Origin: Oceanispirochaeta sp.
Lineage (GTDB): Bacteria > Spirochaetota > Spirochaetia > DSM-2461
Direction: 5' to 3'
Assembly (NCBI GenBank): GCA_963666275.2
Contig: CAXXOA010000001.1
Location: 1,696,001 to 1,760,000, forward strand
DNA length: 64,000 nucleotides
This document shows, piece by piece, positions 58,878-64,000 of this stretch; within the stretch, counting starts at the first letter, position 1; the number at the start of each line of letters is the position of its first letter. A program made the translations under genes and the position numbers. Under the pieces are notes generated by a model, which was not told the origin of the DNA, did not search any database, and worked only from the letters and a program-made list of their open reading frames with translations.

Positions 58878-58892
58878 CGCTTACGATACAGT

Positions 58893-58921
58893 AAAGGGCC
58901 CTGCGTTGAGGGCCCTTTTTT
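58893..58921. terminator. Intrinsic terminator (original flaA/tatD terminator)
   Basis: AAAGGGCCCT-GCGTTG-AGGGCCCTTTTT. Confidence 0.85.
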
Positions 58922-58925
58922 TATT

Positions 58926-59726
58926 TTATAAGTTTAAAAACTTTTTAAAGTTATCTTCCACCTGCCGCATCAGCTGGGATTTCGGAATATCGTATTCCCT
59001 GGCAACAGCTTCATAGGTATGTCCTATATGGCCTGGATGATTCTCTCTACCTCGCAGGGGAACAGGAGAAAGGTAAGGGGCATCCGTTTCGATAAGTACT
59101 CTCTCAAGGGGAACCCATGATACCGCTTCCCGGATATCCGGGGCATTTTTAAAGGTAAAATTGCCTGCAAATGAAATCATCAGTCCCTTTTCCAGGGCGG
59201 TTTCACCCAGTTTCCGGCCCCCGGGAAAGCAGTGCAGTACTCCGCCATAGGGGAAGTCAAGCTGATTCATCCATTTTTCCAGAGCAGTATCCGCTTCTCT
59301 GCAGTGGAAAATCAGAGGCTTTTCCACCTGCAGAGAAATATCATATTGGAGTTCAAGCAACTCCATCTGATCCTGCCTGTTGGAAGTGGTTCTGAAAAAA
59401 TCCAGCCCTGTTTCTCCAACAGCTTTTACGGCAGGGTGGGATGCCTGCTTCATAAGTTGGCTATCCCTGTCTTCTGGCCAGTGATCACGGGAAATATTGG
59501 GGTGGATTCCAGCGGCAAAATATAGCCCTTTATGGTATTGGCGGTACTCGAGGCGTCTTTCAAAACTGTCAAGATCCACACCCGCATCAAGGAGTAAACT
59601 GATACCCCGCTGTTCATATTCAACAAGGAGTTCGTCCGTAGGCAGGCCTTTCCGGTTCATTTCAAGAATATGAAAATGGCTGTCTATCATCCCAGTCTCT
59701 AAATTATATTTCATATAGTTTTCCAT
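58926..59726 (-). CDS. tatD: TatD family nuclease
   Basis: IDSHFH, GIHP, VGETGLD, HCR, LHCF, IETDAPY. Confidence 0.92.
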   Translation of the reverse strand: MENYMKYNLETGMIDSHFHILEMNRKGLPTDELLVEYEQRGISLLLDAGVDLDSFERRLEYRQYHKGLYFAAGIHPNISRDHWPEDRDSQLMKQASHPAVKAVGETGLDFFRTTSNRQDQMELLELQYDISLQVEKPLIFHCREADTALEKWMNQLDFPYGGVLHCFPGGRKLGETALEKGLMISFAGNFTFKNAPDIREAVSWVPLERVLIETDAPYLSPVPLRGRENHPGHIGHTYEAVAREYDIPKSQLMRQVEDNFKKFLNL

Positions 59727-59727
59727 T

Positions 59728-59758
59728 AAAAAAATCCCTGCCGCCTGGACAGGGATTT
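59728..59758 (-). terminator. Intrinsic terminator after fba
   Basis: Minus strand AAATCCCTG...CAGGGATTTTTTT. Confidence 0.75.
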
Positions 59759-59783
59759 GAAAATCAGAATCTAAAAATCAGAA

Positions 59784-60776
59784 TCAAGCGTGACCGGCAG
59801 AACCGAGTACATTCTCATTTTTCAGTTTGTAGATTTCTTTCAGACTGTCTCTTGCAGGACCAAGATATTTTCTGGGATCGAACTCTTCGGGTTTTTCTGT
59901 CAGGACTTTTCTGATGGCAGCAGTCATTGCCAGACGACCATCTGAGTCGATGTTGATTTTACAAACAGCAGATTTTGCCGCTTTTCTCAGCTGCTCTTCA
60001 GGAATACCAACAGCGTCTTTCATTTTTCCGCCGTTAGCATTGATGATGGCAACCTGATCCTGGGGAACAGAAGAAGATCCGTGAAGAACGATGGGGAATC
60101 CGGGGATTCTTTTTTCAATTTCTTCAAGAATGTCAAACCGGAGGGGGGGAGGTACAAGGATTCCGTCAGCATTTTTGGTACACTGTTCGGGGGTGAACTT
60201 GTTGGCTCCGTGAGAAGTTCCGATAGAGATAGCCAGAGAATCAACTCCGGTTTTCTTGACAAAGTCTTCTACTTCTTCGGGTCTGGTATAGGTAGATTTT
60301 TCAGCTACTACATCATCTTCCACACCGGCGAGAACTCCAAGTTCTCCCTCTACTGTTACACCGTGCTGATGAGCGTACTCAACAACTTTTTTGGTAAGAG
60401 CAACGTTGTCATCGTAAGAGTGATGAGAACCGTCGATCATAACAGAAGAAAAACCGTTGTCGATACAGTCTTTACACAGTTCGAAAGTATCACCGTGGTC
60501 CAGGTGCAGAGCGATAGGAATTTCATATCCCAGCTCTTTTGCATATTCTACTGCACCTTTGGCCATGTTTCTCAGAAGAGTCGCGTTAGCGTACTTTCTG
60601 GCACCGGAAGATACCTGCAGAATAACGGGAGATTTTGTTTCTACACAAGCCTGGATAATAGCCTGAAGCTGTTCCAGGTTGTTGAAGTTGTAAGCCGGTA
60701 CAGCGTAACCGCCGGCTACAGCACCTTTAAACATCTCTGTAGTATTTGATAAACCAAGATCTTTATAACTTGTCAT
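59784..60776 (-). CDS. fba: Class II fructose-1,6-bisphosphate aldolase
   Basis: AYNFNNLE, LHLDHG, SVMIDGS, VEGELG, SIGTSHG, VLHGSS, KINIDSD; AAGGAG before ATG 60776. Confidence 0.97.
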   Translation of the reverse strand: MTSYKDLGLSNTTEMFKGAVAGGYAVPAYNFNNLEQLQAIIQACVETKSPVILQVSSGARKYANATLLRNMAKGAVEYAKELGYEIPIALHLDHGDTFELCKDCIDNGFSSVMIDGSHHSYDDNVALTKKVVEYAHQHGVTVEGELGVLAGVEDDVVAEKSTYTRPEEVEDFVKKTGVDSLAISIGTSHGANKFTPEQCTKNADGILVPPPLRFDILEEIEKRIPGFPIVLHGSSSVPQDQVAIINANGGKMKDAVGIPEEQLRKAAKSAVCKINIDSDGRLAMTAAIRKVLTEKPEEFDPRKYLGPARDSLKEIYKLKNENVLGSAGHA

Positions 60777-60974
60777 ATTTACTCCTTTGAAAGTAAATCG
60801 ATAATTTTTTGTATGATAACTATAGGCTTTTCGATGAAGCGGTGTCAAGGGAATGGGGATTTAAATCCTTTGTATTTCAAAAAATGCAATTAGATTATTC
60901 TTTTTCTGAATTAACTTTTTTACCCTGGAATTCTTGACCAATGGATTAAAGATATATAATATACCAGCAGTGTC

Positions 60975-61059
60975 GCCGGTGTGGTGGAATTGGTAGACAC
61001 CCGAGACTTAAAATCTCGTGGGCTTATAGCCCGTACCGGTTCAAGTCCGGTCACCGGCA
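60975..61059 (+). tRNA. tRNA-Leu (anticodon TAA); CCA not encoded
   Basis: Acceptor GCCGGTG/CACCGGC-A; D-loop GGAATTGGTAGAC; anticodon arm CGAGA-CTTAAAA-TCTCG; long variable arm; T-arm ACCGG-TTCAAGT-CCGGT. Confidence 0.97.
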
Positions 61060-61067
61060 CAATTTTT

Positions 61068-61108
61068 AAAAGGCTAATTTATTGCTATGCAGTAAGTTAG
61101 CCTTTTTT
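61068..61108 (+). terminator. Hairpin/terminator after tRNA-Leu at the island border
   Basis: AAAAGGCTAA...TTAGCCTTTTTT. Confidence 0.75.
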
Positions 61109-61169
61109 GATGTCCTAAATGTAGACAGAAGTGTTGACAATTATTGTATTCAGACCGTAAATTTCTATT

Positions 61170-62291
61170 ATGAAAAAGCCATATCGCTTCTGGAATCGCC
61201 GTGGTAAGTTCTATGTTCAATTCGCCCATACGCCAGGTAAATGGATTTCTACCGGCTGTGATGACCGGGATGATGCCATTCGCTGGGCAGAGGCAAACCG
61301 GCGGGATGAAATAAAAGTAAACAGAAAAATAACTACATTGAATGAGTTTGCTAAAGGTTTTTTTGTTCCTGGAAATGAACTGTGGTTTAAGCGGTTGAAG
61401 AGAAAAAAGAAGACCTACGCATCCGACTATTTCAGAGCGCACCAGGGGCGGCTGGATAACTATATTCTGCCGGAGTTCGGCAGCCGGTTAATTACCAGTA
61501 TCAATACCATGGAAATTGATAATTGGTTTCTGGATCTCCGTTCTGTCCGGACGGATCAGGAGCTTTCCGATAATGCGAAGAATAAGGTACTTCACGCTTT
61601 CCGTATCGTTATGGAGGAGGCCAAGTACCAGAAAGTCATAGAAGAGAACGTGGCGGCCTCTGTAGAGGAAATAAGCGAAGAGAACCGGGAACGCCAGCAC
61701 TTTGATGAATTGGAAATGCAGAAATTGTTTCCGGATGATAAAGATGAACTGCTGCGGATATGGCAGGGGCTAAAATGGACCGTATTTTTCATGATCATGC
61801 GGGATACGGGGTTTCGTCCAGGAGAGGTCGCAGGATTGACCAGGAGGGCTTACTACAGCTCTGTGGGGGGAATCTATACTACCGGGTCGATTGATACGGT
61901 GACAGGGAAATATAAGGATTCTATTAAGACTACGAAGAAGGGGAAGGCGTATAAGCTTGGGCTTCTGGAGGATATAACTGTTAGTTTGCTTAATCAATAC
62001 CTGGAGGAAACTGATCCTGGGATTGATGAATTGATTTTTCCTGCGGCGAATACGGAAGGGATAAAGGTTGAAACTTCATTGAAGCATTTTAAACTTTCTG
62101 CCAGAAGGGCGAAGGTTAAGCTGGATGGTCGGACCCAGTATTGTTTGCGGCATTCTTTTGAAACCAGGAAACTGATGGATCTTGATTTGGAAACTGTGAA
62201 AGAACTGATGGGGCATACTAGGTACCGTAGAGAATATGATCATCGAAGTGGTGAGGAACGTTTAATGAAACTAAAACAATATGTTAATTAG
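61170..62291 (+). CDS. Tyrosine recombinase/integrase
   Basis: N-terminal arm-binding-like segment; DTGFRPGEV (R), KTTKK (K), YCLRHSF (R), LMGH...Y. Confidence 0.92.
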   Translation: MKKPYRFWNRRGKFYVQFAHTPGKWISTGCDDRDDAIRWAEANRRDEIKVNRKITTLNEFAKGFFVPGNELWFKRLKRKKKTYASDYFRAHQGRLDNYILPEFGSRLITSINTMEIDNWFLDLRSVRTDQELSDNAKNKVLHAFRIVMEEAKYQKVIEENVAASVEEISEENRERQHFDELEMQKLFPDDKDELLRIWQGLKWTVFFMIMRDTGFRPGEVAGLTRRAYYSSVGGIYTTGSIDTVTGKYKDSIKTTKKGKAYKLGLLEDITVSLLNQYLEETDPGIDELIFPAANTEGIKVETSLKHFKLSARRAKVKLDGRTQYCLRHSFETRKLMDLDLETVKELMGHTRYRREYDHRSGEERLMKLKQYVN

Positions 62292-62303
62292 ATTTTCTTT
62301 CTA

Positions 62304-63857
62304 TTAGTCTGAGTATTCTAACCAGTCATAGATTCTAACTGTTGTTCTATAATGACTACAGAAGATTGGTGGATTTGCCTTTGATACTTCTTCTTTATAA
62401 TTAGAAAATTTTTCCTTTAACAATGATAATAATTTCTCATTGTCAATACTCGACTTTCCATTTTTTCTTATTGCCGCCTTTAAATAATTTGCATCAGATA
62501 TATTATAACTATAGCTTATTGGTTCATTTTTAATTAACATTGAGCGTACAGTAACATTAGGATTATTTATATCCTCATCAATTAATTTATAATATTTTTT
62601 TATTCTCCAGTCTAATTTATTATTTTGAATATCAGACAATTTATTCCCTAATTTTAAATATTTATACAACGGAGTTCGTCTCTGATATTTTAGAATCTGC
62701 GGAAATGCATAGGTTAGTAAATCATTAGGATCATATCCTCCAGTATTAAAAATAATATCTTCAATAATGTCATCTCGATTTAAACCAACCATTCCTTTTT
62801 CATGTAATGATTTCATTCCTACACCGATTACGAAGTCTACATCAACAATATCATCATTTTTCTCAATGTCTATTAAAGCAACTCTATCATGAGGGTCATT
62901 ATTTTTTACAATTTCATAAAGTTGTGTTTTAATTTGTTTAAGATGTTTAACACTTAATTTCCTTTTGTATAATTGCAATGTTTTATATATTATGCTGTAG
63001 TCTTTTACATAGATATGAGTAATAGGGAGATTGCTCCCATCAATATTTATATAAGACTTTTCAATAATGTCAGAAGATCCATCAAAAATTGGTTCTACGA
63101 GAAAAATGCTATTTTCCAGTTTTTTTAGGCCTTCATGAGATATGCATGTAGCTATTGATTTAAGAATCTCTTGAATATTAGAATCACTTATTGAATATCC
63201 TAGAAAAAAAATTGGATGTTCAATGAATATTGATAATAGTTTTGCTGCTAGATAAGCGTTCTTTTTTGTAAAAGAATCATAATCCTCATCTGTTAGAATG
63301 AGAGTATTAAAGTCATCTACAGATCCATGTATTTTGTATATTTCTCCAATTTCTTGGACTATTGAATTGATTAAATCATCTTGACTAAAATATACATCAT
63401 AATCCTGGAACAAACCCTCGATAAAATTATCCCAATTAGTGGTTATGATTCCATCAATGTTTGCTTTTTTTAATTCTTCAACTTCATTTTTTAATTCTTG
63501 ATCATCTATAATTGACTTCGTTTTAAGATATTTACATATTTCATATTTTAATGGAGATGACTCATGCTCCATTATTCCATATGCTTTATATTCATTCCTA
63601 CTATCCAAAAATTTATCATTCTTCCACCATATCTCTGAAAAGTCTTTTGCTAATAATTTAGCTGTTTTAGGAAGGTTAGAATTTGAAGTTGAATAATAAT
63701 AGTCAAAGTTTAAACCATTATCAGAACAAAACTTTTGTAAAAGTCCTTTCCAGTCTTCAAGGCCAATATATCTCCTTGAAAGACCTGATCCAATAAAAAG
63801 AAAAGGTGCTGACGTAAAGTTTTTAAGTTTTTTTTCTAATGTGTCTTTTATATCCAT
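62304..63857 (-). CDS. SIR2-like (SIR2_2-type) NAD+-binding protein with unknown C-terminal domain; probable anti-phage effector
   Basis: PFLFIGSGLS, IITTNWD, IYKIHGS, ILTDEDY, FFLGYSISDSNI; very AT-rich. Confidence 0.88.
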   Translation of the reverse strand: MDIKDTLEKKLKNFTSAPFLFIGSGLSRRYIGLEDWKGLLQKFCSDNGLNFDYYYSTSNSNLPKTAKLLAKDFSEIWWKNDKFLDSRNEYKAYGIMEHESSPLKYEICKYLKTKSIIDDQELKNEVEELKKANIDGIITTNWDNFIEGLFQDYDVYFSQDDLINSIVQEIGEIYKIHGSVDDFNTLILTDEDYDSFTKKNAYLAAKLLSIFIEHPIFFLGYSISDSNIQEILKSIATCISHEGLKKLENSIFLVEPIFDGSSDIIEKSYINIDGSNLPITHIYVKDYSIIYKTLQLYKRKLSVKHLKQIKTQLYEIVKNNDPHDRVALIDIEKNDDIVDVDFVIGVGMKSLHEKGMVGLNRDDIIEDIIFNTGGYDPNDLLTYAFPQILKYQRRTPLYKYLKLGNKLSDIQNNKLDWRIKKYYKLIDEDINNPNVTVRSMLIKNEPISYSYNISDANYLKAAIRKNGKSSIDNEKLLSLLKEKFSNYKEEVSKANPPIFCSHYRTTVRIYDWLEYSD

Positions 63858-63908
63858 TTTTATCTCTTTATAAAACTATGCAAAGATATAACTTGCTTAA
63901 AAATCAAC

Positions 63909-64000
63909 TCAACATTTTATTACGGCATAATTTATCAATTGTTTATTGAGTCTCCAAAACTCCTGCTCGCTCACAACCATGATCCCTTTCTGCAAAGCAA
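63909..64000 (-). CDS. 3' end of a gene running off the window, with a BRCT-like C-terminus
   Basis: Manual translation ALQKGIMVVSEQEFWRLNKQLINYAVIKC* resembles the end of BRCT domains (A..GI.IVSE.EF..L); only 29 codons are visible. Confidence 0.4.
   Translation of the reverse strand, partial: ALQKGIMVVSEQEFWRLNKQLINYAVIKC

Larger units (their letters stand above)
56552..58884 (+). mobile_element. IS66-family insertion sequence, intact, 2333 bp
   Basis: Perfect 17-bp IRs GTAAGCGTCAAATAAAC (56552-56568) and GTTTATTTGACGCTTAC (58868-58884); 8-bp target duplication GATACAGT at 56544-56551 and 58885-58892; tnpA-tnpB-tnpC order. Confidence 0.97.
61060..64000. mobile_element. Left part of an integrative element or genomic island at tRNA-Leu (continues beyond the window)
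   Basis: Tyrosine integrase 110 bp downstream of the tRNA; abrupt shift to AT-rich cargo after the integrase; the other att site is not in the window. Confidence 0.75.

Noticed and set aside
59760..59786. Short direct repeat AAAATCAGAATC x2 near the fba stop
   Set aside because: Only two 12-bp copies; not CRISPR-like and plausibly a local slippage duplication.
60975..63857. TTA-codon control of AT-rich cargo by the adjacent tRNA-Leu(TAA)
   Set aside because: TTA also occurs in core genes here; nothing beyond adjacency supports it.
1..64000. CRISPR arrays, rRNA, integron attC arrays, riboswitches
   Set aside because: Intergenic regions were read and no regularly spaced repeats or recognisable aptamer consensus was seen; a covariance-model scan would be needed to exclude weak RNA motifs.

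Overview
Mostly core chromosome of a spirochaete, probably a free-living Spirochaetaceae member. This is inferred from paired flaA sheath genes, two flaB core flagellins, the flgN-flgK-flgL-fliW-csrA cluster and spirochaete-type lipoproteins. Housekeeping content includes secA (partial), glgC, glgA, mrfA/mrfB-like DNA repair genes, hrpB, tpx, trxB, nagZ, tsaE/tsaB, infC-rpmI-rplT, zapA with a 6S RNA, tatD, fba and tRNA-Leu(TAA). Accessory content: (i) an intact IS66-family element with perfect 17-bp IRs and an 8-bp target duplication, inserted between flaA and its terminator; (ii) an AT-rich two-lipoprotein islet (metzincin plus partner); (iii) the left end of an integrative element at tRNA-Leu, with a tyrosine integrase, an AT-rich SIR2-domain gene and the tail of a probable BRCT-domain gene running off the window. 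The best candidates for uncharacterised biology are the SIR2 island, a cytoplasmic [FeFe]-hydrogenase-like/MCP fusion (possible H2 chemoreceptor), a class III cyclase with non-canonical specificity residues, and a transglutaminase-like protein upstream of flgN. Regulatory patterns read from the DNA include recurrent leaderless promoters, three matching sigma28 promoters, CsrA hairpins, a perfect Fur-type box between the flaB genes, and an RBS-sequestering hairpin in the IS. No CRISPR array or rRNA was seen. All calls come from motif recognition by eye; no database searches were run.
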